Virus record (IMG/VR): IMGVR_UViG_3300012005_000003
Location: 37,401-101,400 of that record
From: a virus
Strand: one strand, 5' to 3'
DNA: 64,000 nucleotides
Each line of letters begins with the position of its first letter. The stretch's first letter is position 1. Position numbers and translations under genes: made by a program. Positions 22,476 through 31,936 of the stretch are shown here, in pieces. The notes beneath the pieces are model-generated. The model made no database searches. It saw only the letters and a list, made by a program, of their open reading frames with translations, and was not told the DNA's origin.

Positions 22476-22877
22476 TTAAACATTTTTACAAAATTCTATA
22501 AATTCATTATCAAAATTTCCTTGTTCGTCAAATACTCTATGATCTAGATATTCTTCATCCTGAACAAAGAATGGATAGTTTGATTTGTTGTTATATCTAG
22601 CAACAAACATGTATTCTTTATCATTGATAAAGAACTTAATATTCGAAATAGTTAAATCACCATCAGTTGTCATTCCTATTTCAAATGCTTCAGAATTATG
22701 TTCAACTTTAACTCCATCAGGAGCTTTATCATCATGAATCAGTAAACATAAACGACCTACACATTTCAATAGCTTAGCTTCGTTAAATAGATCTCTTGGA
22801 AGCACCCTATCGTAATTCAGATTGATCTTATTTTCGGAATAAGATTCAAACTGTTTGAATGTTTTGATAGGTTTCAT
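22476..22877 (-). CDS. Leader-tagged putative internal virion protein (start revised to 22877)
   Basis: MKPIKTFKQFESYSE. Confidence 0.7.
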   Translation of the reverse strand: MKPIKTFKQFESYSENKINLNYDRVLPRDLFNEAKLLKCVGRLCLLIHDDKAPDGVKVEHNSEAFEIGMTTDGDLTISNIKFFINDKEYMFVARYNNKSNYPFFVQDEEYLDHRVFDEQGNFDNEFIEFCKNV

Positions 22878-22881
22878 ATTG

Positions 22882-23220
22882 TTATTTAAAATATTCGCTA
22901 AATCTAGTAGCAAATTTATCTTTTTGATGAGGTTTGAATTTTTCTAAACCTGCTAAAATCGCAGTTTTATATTTAGTGTTCCATTCTGAAGGATTTTTAC
23001 AATTATCTCTTCCTACAGGTTTCAACCACATCTCAGGATTGTCTTCATGCCATTCGTTAAAGGTGTCTGTCATCCACATATACATATCAGGAAGTTCATC
23101 TGTAGCATATTGCCAAGATTTAGCATCATTTGGAAATTTATCCAAAAATTTATTAAATTTATCAATATTGAATTTATTAGATTCGTTTAAAAATTGTTCG
23201 AATAAGTTTATATGTTTCAT
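22882..23220 (-). CDS. Leader-tagged putative internal virion protein
   Basis: MKHINLFEQFLNE; AATATATAA immediately upstream. Confidence 0.8.
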   Translation of the reverse strand: MKHINLFEQFLNESNKFNIDKFNKFLDKFPNDAKSWQYATDELPDMYMWMTDTFNEWHEDNPEMWLKPVGRDNCKNPSEWNTKYKTAILAGLEKFKPHQKDKFATRFSEYFK

Positions 23221-23230
23221 GCATTATATA

Positions 23231-26200
23231 TTAAACTTCTTCACTATATTCTTCTTTTCTGAATGCTAAAGTTTCGATTAAACACCTAGCATTATCACAT
23301 TCTTTCTCCAATTTTTCTAATTTAGCTTTTATATCTTCGAAAATTGATAATTTTAGCATGTTTTCAGGTGTATATTCTGCCAATACCCATGGATAGTTAG
23401 TGTGACATTGTTCTCCGGTGTCTAACATCTCGAAGTCGTAACCCAGGTGCATATTCTCACCTTGATCAGTTCTTATTTTGACATCTTTGACAATAGTTCC
23501 CTTTGCAACAAAGGGTAATTCGTATAATGATGAAGCTGGAAGATCCATCATTACGATATAGTTGATATCAGTTTTGGGTTCTTTACCCTTCTCAATCATG
23601 TGATCAAATAGTCCCATTTTTATTTATTTTATTTAGTATTTCGTTATAAGCGATTTCAATATCAGTATTGATCTTATCCATTCCAAGTTTAACTGCAGCT
23701 TTCATCAACTGATCCCAACTCTTATGATAATTGAGTTCACTTAGATAACCATGTTCTGAATAGAATCCTAATTCAATGATGATCAAATCTTTTGGTCGTT
23801 TAAAAATTTCTTCTCCTCTGCCATCATCGTGAATAAAATCAAAATATAAAGGTTCTTTTGAATAGTATATGATATCAGAATAGACTCCTCCTATATCAGA
23901 GAAATCTTCATATGCTCCATATTTATATTTATATCCAAGAAATTCTGCAATGATCTCATTGTATGTTTCAGGAAAAAGTAATCTTTTTGCTTCTAATCTT
24001 TCAGCCATTTTTCTTTAGTATTTTAAAAAATCATATACAAGTTTTTCAAAAGTTCCTTCTCCTTCATATACAAAATATAAAATACATTTCTCGTTATTTG
24101 ATACTGGAATATAAGAAAATGCAGTGTCGAACCCATCAGTATTAATGATTATATTTGTCAACCTCTTTTCAGATCTTTTGAATAATAATAAATCTCCATC
24201 AACATTAATTGAATAATTAAAAGGTTCATATATCGTAAAATTTGATTTATATAAAGCTTTGAAAAATTCATCATAAATAATATTGATCACTTTTTTCTGA
24301 TCTTCTGTAAGATCTTTTAAGTTCAATATAGAATTGAATTCATTCTGTAAATAAAATAAGAATTCTTTATTGTTCATTTTTAACCTAATAATATTGCCAT
24401 GATAGCAATTATGATAAATATTGCTAAAATTAAAGCTGCTCCACCCCATAAAGGCATTGTTACGTACCACCAACTCCAATCTATGTAGTGTGTCAATTTC
24501 AATATCATGAATATTAAAAATAATAACATCCCTAGTCCTATTCCTCCTGATTGTGTCGATTTGTTTCCCATTTTTATTTTATTAAAAAACTCCTGTTTTG
24601 TTTAATAATTCTATTATTTGATCCATCGATTCAGGTTTGATATAAAGTCCTTCTCCATTTTCATAGTTCAGATTTGTAGTTGAGTAACAATAAGGAATGT
24701 ATTTTGGATCACTTTTGCCTTCAAATACTAACCATGCACAAATTTTATCTTTCTCTACTGAGACTGTGTGTATCTCATCAGCTTTCATGAAAAGCTCATC
24801 TCCTTTATCCAATATTTTTCTATCGATGTATTTCATATCAGTTCTTCCTATATGATCAAATCTCATTTCGCCTTTTGAGATCTTGCTCTTGTAGAGGTAT
24901 TTATCGATTTCGAAATCTGAATCTATATCATCAGTTTCTTCAACTGTGATATTCGTCAAAGTTCCTTCAACAATTTTCAACGTCAGATCACAATGATGAG
25001 GATGATACCCAACATTTATAACTCTGTTCATGAAAGGATTAAGTTCGTGGTCTACATCTGTTATATAAAGTCTGATAGTTTTTCCTGGACTATCAAGCAA
25101 CATAATAGAATATACACCTTTTACATGACAGTTGAACAAAGATTTTTCCAAAACCTCTTTGGAATTATTTTCTATGAAATGTTTGATTAATGTTTTCATC
25201 TTCTAATGTCTGTTTCCAATAAATCTTTAACTTTAATCCAATCTTCTGCTAGGTCTAATGCTGTTTCTAATGTCAACCAATATTTTACTCTGTATGATCT
25301 GTAATCAGTTATGATGAGTTCACATGCTTTGATTGCAAGTCTAGTATTTCCAAAAGTGTCTATAAGCTTATCTGCTTGTTCTTGATGATTTGTCATGCCG
25401 TTATGCTAATTTTGTTTTTATTTTTCCATTCTAGAAACTCTTCTTCTGTAGCAGGTTCCAATTTATTAATATTGTATTCTTCATTTTTGTATCCTTTTAA
25501 TATAAACCCTTTGATAAAAGGGTTTGTTGTTTCAGTTTCACAAATATATCCAACTACTGGTAAAATATCACCATTTTGCCAATATCCATTACTGTTGATA
25601 ATTCTACAATACTTGATTGTGAATATGGCATTAAAATCAGATAATCTTCCTTGGTACCATTTCAAAGGTTTGAATACATCTGTATATTTATCAAAAGATC
25701 CTTTAGTTTCGTCAACAACATCATTGACTTTATATTCTGAACCAGGATATAAACTTAACACCAGGTATCTTTTTGTTTTCCAATTTATCATATTTAATAA
25801 CCGTGATATAGATTTAACATTAATGCAGGTTTCAAATCTCCGATATGTTTTCTGAATTTTTTCTCAAATTTATTTTTAGCTATTTCTAGTTTTTTTTCTG
25901 AAATGACGCTATAATCATTGTTTGCATATTCGTCATGACAAGCTACATGAATACCTATCACCTGATCGATGATTGGTCCATCTTGTGTCATATTAAACAA
26001 AAAAACTTCGTTTTTTAATTCAGGAAAGAGATTACAATATTCATCTTTTAAATTGAATATTTCATTTGTGAATATATTCTGAACTTGTTTTATAACATCA
26101 AATCCTTTTTTACCGGTTTTTAATCCAGATTTAAGATCATGTAGATCATATTCTTGTCTAGTTTCTATAGTTTTGAAAACTTGATCATATCTGACACCGT

Positions 26201-26231
26201 AGTATAAATTTGCTGTTGATGATAAACACAT
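23231..26231 (-). CDS. Operon of small hypothetical genes, including a small membrane protein (24380..24571) and a cupin-like protein (24582..25199)
   Basis: Abutting ORFs; LKLTHYIDWSWWYVTMPLW; YHPHHCDL/IHTV; TAATTTTG -7-like box at 26259-26266 (-). Confidence 0.55.
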
Positions 26232-26313
26232 GAATTTGATAAATTATCGTTAATTGACCAAAATTAAGCAATATTTCATTAATAATTTAGCCATATTCTC
26301 TAATATATAATAA

Positions 26314-26787
26314 ATGATTTACAAATTTAAAGAATTCTTAAATGAATCGAAAAAACCAGAGCCAGATCTGAAGGCTCTTGAAGCTCTGTTGGAAGAATAC
26401 AGATCCGAAATGGAAGAGGAGGAAGAATGGTCCGATAACAAGGAATGTTTTAAGGGATCTTGTCAGGATGTTACCAATAGATTAGAAACATTTTTGGAAG
26501 ATGCTGGTTATGACGCAGTTCGCACCCGAGGATACTACACTAATGCTGGAGATGATTACTATCCAGATATGGATAATTGGGATCTGGACGATATAGAATG
26601 GTTTCAGAAGAAGTATGATAAAAATGATGGAAGTTCTAATGGATTGAAATTTCCTCACTGGTGGATAGAAGTTTTCAATTCAAAATATATCATAGATCTA
26701 ACAGAAGATCAGTTTCATCCAGGTGAAGAAGATGATTACAGAATAGGAATTTATAAAAAACCAGTAAAATATTACAAGAAAGGATAA
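26314..26787 (+). CDS. Leader-tagged putative internal virion protein (first of array A)
   Basis: MIYKFKEFLNE; GSC...HWW motifs suggest a papain/transglutaminase-like fold (weak). Confidence 0.75.
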   Translation: MIYKFKEFLNESKKPEPDLKALEALLEEYRSEMEEEEEWSDNKECFKGSCQDVTNRLETFLEDAGYDAVRTRGYYTNAGDDYYPDMDNWDLDDIEWFQKKYDKNDGSSNGLKFPHWWIEVFNSKYIIDLTEDQFHPGEEDDYRIGIYKKPVKYYKKG

Positions 26788-27273
26788 ATGAAACATATCA
26801 AATCATACATAAACACTGATATCAGATTATTTGAGAGTTTTGAAAATAAATTTGTAGGAATACACTGCAGTCCTAAATCTTTGAATCATGATGATTTCTA
26901 TGGCAAGATCTTGAATGAATATTACATGATGTTCAAACAGATCTTAGAACTTGTGCAATATGATTATAAGCAAGCTAAAGAATTATTAACAAAAATAGAA
27001 TCATTTGCAGATGGAATAAGTCTTGCAGATGACAGTATAGATCTAGTTTTTGAAATTGAGGAATTCTTTGCTGATAACAATCTATAATGGATATTCGTTT
27101 CTAAAGGTGACACAATGACAAAATATGGTGATAATTGCTACAATGTTTATTTTAAAGACTTACGTAATATATATTCTATGCAAGATGAACTGACTGATGA
27201 TGCTATGATCTATATATACAATTCAAAAACTGATAAACCGATACTTAAAAACCTAAACGATGAAACATATTAA
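26788..27273 (+). pseudogene. Leader-tagged gene interrupted by in-frame TAA at 27085-27087
   Basis: MKHIKSY...; the same frame continues 61 codons (WIFVSKGDTMTKYGDNCYNV...) to TAA 27273. Confidence 0.6.
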
Positions 27274-28150
27274 ACTTTTTGAACAATTCATTAATGATCA
27301 TAAATTGGATATTAATAGCGATATCCAATGTTATAATATACTCAAAGAAACAGAAAAATCTTATATAAAAACAGATGTAACAATAATAGACAATGATTTT
27401 GATCATGATGATATAGAATACAAAAGAACTAAAGCTTACAAACTGGAATATTTTGTCAATTGGATGGATTTGGAAACATCATCAGATCCAGATACTGATA
27501 AATTTGATAACATTATTGAAGCTTATGAAAATGCTCAGTTAGAAGGTAATTGGTTGAATGGACATACAGAACATGTGAAAACAATAGATCTTATGTTTAA
27601 AGAAGTTTGGTTGAATTCTGATGATTCAGAATATGATGAAACTGGAAAAATATTAAATATAGAAGAAGCAAAAAATATAAAGGTTTTAAATCAATTTATA
27701 ACATCTCTTGAGCTTGGAACAAACGACGTCATCTATATAAAATCTTTTGGAAAAAGAGATGATAATGCAAAAGATTTAGAAGCTGAAGTTTATGTTCATA
27801 TAGGTAAAGATCTAGAAAGATTATTCACTGCTGAAAATGGTCAAAAATATAAAATAGTTCATGCAGGAAGAGGAAAATATTCTAAATTGATCATAGAAGA
27901 TAGTGAAGGTGAAGAAATTGATAGCATCAAATTAAGAATTTCAGATCATACATACAATCCATCTAATAACGATGATGAATCAAGAAGTGGAAAATTCATA
28001 TCAATAGAGATAGCGAATGTTAATCCTACTAAAAATAGATTCAGAACAGCTTATTCGTTAAGTTTTGATGGAGAAAATACATATTCAGAAGTTCTAGATT
28101 GTGTGAATGACAGGATTGATGACATAATAAAAAATATAATTAAATTGTAA
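27260..28150 (+). CDS. Leader-tagged putative internal virion protein
   Basis: MKHIKLFEQFIND; C-terminal KLRISDH motif. Confidence 0.8.
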   Translation: MKHIKLFEQFINDHKLDINSDIQCYNILKETEKSYIKTDVTIIDNDFDHDDIEYKRTKAYKLEYFVNWMDLETSSDPDTDKFDNIIEAYENAQLEGNWLNGHTEHVKTIDLMFKEVWLNSDDSEYDETGKILNIEEAKNIKVLNQFITSLELGTNDVIYIKSFGKRDDNAKDLEAEVYVHIGKDLERLFTAENGQKYKIVHAGRGKYSKLIIEDSEGEEIDSIKLRISDHTYNPSNNDDESRSGKFISIEIANVNPTKNRFRTAYSLSFDGENTYSEVLDCVNDRIDDIIKNIIKL

Positions 28151-28753
28151 ATGAAACATATCAAACTATACGAACAATTCGTAAATGAATCATTAACATA
28201 TAATGATGTTCAACAATATTTAAAAAAAATAGATCCTAAATTGACCGATCTTTTTAATGTCCTCACAACATTGATGACATGGTCTGGTAGTAACACTGTA
28301 GGTGGATATGACCAAGAACAAATGACCTCAACTATTAAAAATGTAAAAATGTTAAAAAAATATTTTAAAGTTAATGATATTCCAAAAGTTTTATATAGAG
28401 TGACATCTGAAGAGCGAGATTTTAGATTTAAACCAGGCTTTATTATAGATAGTCCTGTTTTTAATTCTGGGCCAGGTTGGAGTTCAGGCTTACATGTTAT
28501 GAATACTAAAGACGATAGCCAAATAGCAATTAAAATAATAAATCCTGAAAAATGTTTGGGTGTTTCTTATAAAGAATTAATAAAATTATTAGAAATACTT
28601 AAAAAAAATATGGGCCAAGAATACAAAAAATGGTTTTCAGGAAGTACTATGGAATATTTTAAAGATGACAAAGAATGTTATATACTTAATGGAACAAAAT
28701 TAGAAATTATCAGCATTAGTAACGATAATATATTAACTTGTAAAGCTATATGA
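28151..28753 (+). CDS. Leader-tagged protein, possible ADP-ribosyltransferase fold
   Basis: MKHIKLYEQFVNE; VLYRV...GWSS...DKECYI. Confidence 0.6.
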   Translation: MKHIKLYEQFVNESLTYNDVQQYLKKIDPKLTDLFNVLTTLMTWSGSNTVGGYDQEQMTSTIKNVKMLKKYFKVNDIPKVLYRVTSEERDFRFKPGFIIDSPVFNSGPGWSSGLHVMNTKDDSQIAIKIINPEKCLGVSYKELIKLLEILKKNMGQEYKKWFSGSTMEYFKDDKECYILNGTKLEIISISNDNILTCKAI

Positions 28754-28779
28754 TTGTTATAAAAATATTAAAGAAATAA

Positions 28780-29325
28780 ATGAAACATATCAAACTATTC
28801 GAAGATTTCAACAAAGAATCTGAAAAAATATACAGAAATACTAATATACAATGGTTATTGAAATTCCTCAAAAAAGGAGAAATAGACAGATATAAAGAAA
28901 ACAGGTTTATATCTTTCTCGTTTGAGCCAGACAGTGGAGGACAGGACAATTTCGGAGATACTCATATAGAATTCGATTCTAACGAAGTGTTCAAACAGGG
29001 TGCTGTAGCTATAGAATATGATGAAGATTTCTTTGAAGAAAATCCTGACATATCAGCTTATGTGACAGGTTTTAAAAATGAAGATGATTATTATAAAAGT
29101 AATGATTACAAAGACAAAGAAGACTTTGAACAGAATGGTCATGATGATGCAAATACTCTCATGTGGTCATCCAATATAGAAGGCTATGAAGGTGAAGCCG
29201 AAATAGTCATCAAGAAACTTGAATATATACCTGGTATGATCACCAAAGTAGTTTTAGACAAACCTATCAGTAAAAAGGATATGGAATTTATAGAATCTTT
29301 TGACATACCAGTAGAACTAAAATAG
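28780..29325 (+). CDS. Leader-tagged protein, possible ADP-ribosyltransferase fold
   Basis: MKHIKLFEDFNKE; KIYRN...FISFS...GEAEIV. Confidence 0.6.
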   Translation: MKHIKLFEDFNKESEKIYRNTNIQWLLKFLKKGEIDRYKENRFISFSFEPDSGGQDNFGDTHIEFDSNEVFKQGAVAIEYDEDFFEENPDISAYVTGFKNEDDYYKSNDYKDKEDFEQNGHDDANTLMWSSNIEGYEGEAEIVIKKLEYIPGMITKVVLDKPISKKDMEFIESFDIPVELK

Positions 29326-29329
29326 AAAC

Positions 29330-29830
29330 ATGAAACATATCAAATTATACGAAGAATTCTCTAAAACCAATGAAACGGTTTTAAGAAACGACCTTCCAAA
29401 GATAAAATCTTTCATAGACAAATTATTGGCTATGGTAAAGGACTCAGAACTTGTAAAAGACATCAAGAATTTTGTGTCCAACCACGAGATAGATCCTTAT
29501 CCGTACACGTTCGAAACTTTCATAAAAGATCTTAAAGCTCAGTTCAGCAGCAAGGTTGATTTTTCAAGCATAGTCGAAAGTGTCAACGAATCTAAACAGA
29601 AAGTGAAATCTGATAAGGAAGATAAACTACTTTACAATAACGATTCTAATCATATTGATTTCGATGTATATAAACCATCAAAAGAAGGAGTTTATAAAGT
29701 TTACATGACATCCAAGAATGGCAGAAATACACGTCATGACAAAGCTCACTGGAATGGTTCTGAATTTGAAACAAGTAAAACATTTGGCTTGAGAAATGAC
29801 CAGATAACACATTTCGAAAATAAAATATAA
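29330..29830 (+). CDS. Leader-tagged putative internal virion protein
   Basis: MKHIKLYEEFSKTNE; internal IVESVNES. Confidence 0.8.
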   Translation: MKHIKLYEEFSKTNETVLRNDLPKIKSFIDKLLAMVKDSELVKDIKNFVSNHEIDPYPYTFETFIKDLKAQFSSKVDFSSIVESVNESKQKVKSDKEDKLLYNNDSNHIDFDVYKPSKEGVYKVYMTSKNGRNTRHDKAHWNGSEFETSKTFGLRNDQITHFENKI

Positions 29831-29888
29831 AAACGGAGCTTATGTGTTTAAATTCATATTATATATTTAAACACATAAGCTCTAAAAA
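29812..29888. repeat. Copy 1 of a ~77-bp direct repeat containing an 18-bp perfect hairpin
   Basis: Stem 29836-29853 / 29865-29882; copy 2 at ~30738-30814. Confidence 0.9.
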
Positions 29889-29917
29889 ACAAAACAAAAC
29901 AAAAAAAATGATAAAAA

Positions 29918-30559
29918 ATGATAAAAAATTTCAAACAATTCTTAAATGAATCATCAAAAAAATCTGATGATGAAGCTATGAAAATGATAATTGATTATTT
30001 TTCTGATAATGGAATAGAATTATCAGATCATAATGAGATTGGTCTAGATTATAATGATGATAAAGTTATAAAAAGACATGTAGTAAGCCACCCAGAAACT
30101 TACATAAATGTTTTACCGGATGGTTCATTTTGCGTCACAAGTGGTAATGAAAAATCGTTATCTATGTATTCATATACTAGAAATTTAAAAACAACATTAA
30201 AAAATGCTAAAGAATGTTTCTTTAGCTATAAAGATTCTAAATCTTATAAAGAATTTTCTGCTGTTTTAGACTATATGGAAAATATTGGTTATAAAATACT
30301 TTATAACACAAAATTGTATGCAGATGGTAATGTCGAAAATAAAAAAGGTGTAATTTTTAAACTTTCTTATCTATCATTTCACGATAGGGCTCCAGAATAT
30401 GTATTAGTACCTAAATTTATACTTGATATTTTTATTAAAAGTCAACGTAGTATTTCTGCGTTTATTCCTAGTTATGCGCCTTTAGATCTTGGAAGTTTGA
30501 AAGAAAGAGCTAAATTATGGCTTAATATTGAGGAAAAAGATCTTCCTGTAGAGGAGTAA
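29918..30559 (+). CDS. Leader-tagged putative internal virion protein
   Basis: MIKNFKQFLNE. Confidence 0.8.
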   Translation: MIKNFKQFLNESSKKSDDEAMKMIIDYFSDNGIELSDHNEIGLDYNDDKVIKRHVVSHPETYINVLPDGSFCVTSGNEKSLSMYSYTRNLKTTLKNAKECFFSYKDSKSYKEFSAVLDYMENIGYKILYNTKLYADGNVENKKGVIFKLSYLSFHDRAPEYVLVPKFILDIFIKSQRSISAFIPSYAPLDLGSLKERAKLWLNIEEKDLPVEE

Positions 30560-30618
30560 TCTAAAAACTAGAAAGCCTATATGAAAGGATGATCAGATCA
30601 TACATACTGTTTCTACGG

Positions 30619-30650
30619 AAAAAGGCTCTACCAAAATAGAGCCTTTTTTT
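30619..30650. terminator. Intrinsic terminator
   Basis: AAAAAGGCTCTA-CCAAAA-TAGAGCCTTTTTTT. Confidence 0.8.
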
Positions 30651-30737
30651 GAATATATAGTTCATGATAACAATCAAAGAAAAATGCTCAGATCTTGTAA
30701 TACAACCACTGACAATGGACCAAGTGTTAAGTTTATC

Positions 30738-30814
30738 TTTCGAAAATAAAATATAAAAACAGAGCTTATATGTTTAAATTCATATTATATATTTAAACAT
30801 ATAAGCTCTAAAAA
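30738..30814. repeat. Copy 2 of the hairpin-containing direct repeat
   Basis: Stem 30761-30779 / 30791-30809, with a compensatory G:C to A:T change versus copy 1. Confidence 0.9.
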
Positions 30815-30826
30815 AACAAAAAAAAC

Positions 30827-31138
30827 ATGAAACACATGAAACACATCAAATTATTTAAAGATTTCTTAAATGAGTCATTCAATATTACATCTGAAAAAGA
30901 TGATAATTATGAAAAAACAGACATTGTTATAGATATAATAGCAGGAAATTCAGGATTCGTAGGAACTGTAAAAGGGACCTATGATAATAAAAAAGTTGAT
31001 GCAACTATTTTTTATGGATATGAAAAAGGCTCTCAATTTTTATCAATAGAAGACGATAATCTTACTAACGATGATATTGAAATGCTTACTGATATTATTG
31101 AAAATGATGAAAATTTTATAAAATCTACCAATGAATAA
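30827..31138 (+). CDS. Leader-tagged protein, paralog of 42830..43138
   Basis: MKHMKHIKLFKDFLNE; YEKTDIVI...AGNSGFVGT...KKVDATIFYGY shared. Confidence 0.8.
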   Translation: MKHMKHIKLFKDFLNESFNITSEKDDNYEKTDIVIDIIAGNSGFVGTVKGTYDNKKVDATIFYGYEKGSQFLSIEDDNLTNDDIEMLTDIIENDENFIKSTNE

Positions 31139-31320
31139 AAAATTACAGAATCTAAACAAAGTTTAACTTTGAAAATGATTGTAGATACTTTAATAGAAGG
31201 AATCAATGAAATGATTTATGAAAGAGTTGGAGAATTAGAATCAATTCCAGAATTCAAAGATGTACCAGATGTTGAAAATATCATACGGAAAGAAGTCATT
31301 AATAAATTACAAAAATTTTA

Positions 31321-31358
31321 AAACTAAAAAGCCTCTAAATTTAGAGGCTTTTTAGTTT
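31321..31358. terminator. Intrinsic terminator closing array A
   Basis: AAACTAAAAAGCCTCTAAATTTAGAGGCTTTTTAGTTT palindrome. Confidence 0.85.
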
Positions 31359-31410
31359 TTAAACTATTCCTAAATTCTGTAATAAAAATAAACAATACAA
31401 AAATCAAACA

Positions 31411-31806
31411 ATGTTAAAAGTAAAAACTAAATTAGGCCAAAGCAAAATTGCAGGTACAGGATTATTTGCAGATCAGTTCATTCCAAAAGATGCAATCATC
31501 TGGCAGTATGATTCAGATCATGATAAATCATATACTCAAGAACAATTAGATAAAACAGAAGGCTTGGATAGAGATTTTCTGAACACTTACTGTTTCAGAT
31601 TTGATGGCTTATATTATCTGTGTATCGATAATTCAAGATTTTTCAATCATTCGGATAATCCTAATTGTTATTCATCTGAATTCAGTTCTGGTAATCTTGG
31701 TTACACAAAAGCCTTGAGAGATATAGAAATAGGAGAAGAACTGACAGATGATTATCTTGGTTTTGGTTTGACTGATGAAGACAAAGAATGGAACAAACAA
31801 TACTAA
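31411..31806 (+). CDS. SET-domain protein-lysine methyltransferase
   Basis: GTGLFA, RFFNHSDNPN, ALRDIEIGEELTDDY. Confidence 0.9.
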   Translation: MLKVKTKLGQSKIAGTGLFADQFIPKDAIIWQYDSDHDKSYTQEQLDKTEGLDRDFLNTYCFRFDGLYYLCIDNSRFFNHSDNPNCYSSEFSSGNLGYTKALRDIEIGEELTDDYLGFGLTDEDKEWNKQY

Positions 31807-31936
31807 ACATAAAGATAGAAAAATATAATATATTCGAAAAAGTACCAGTTCATGGATATACAGAAAATAATATGATATTAGGTCCTTATTCTTGTAAAGA
31901 AGATGCAGAAAAAGCTTCAGCTTTTTCTGCAAATAT

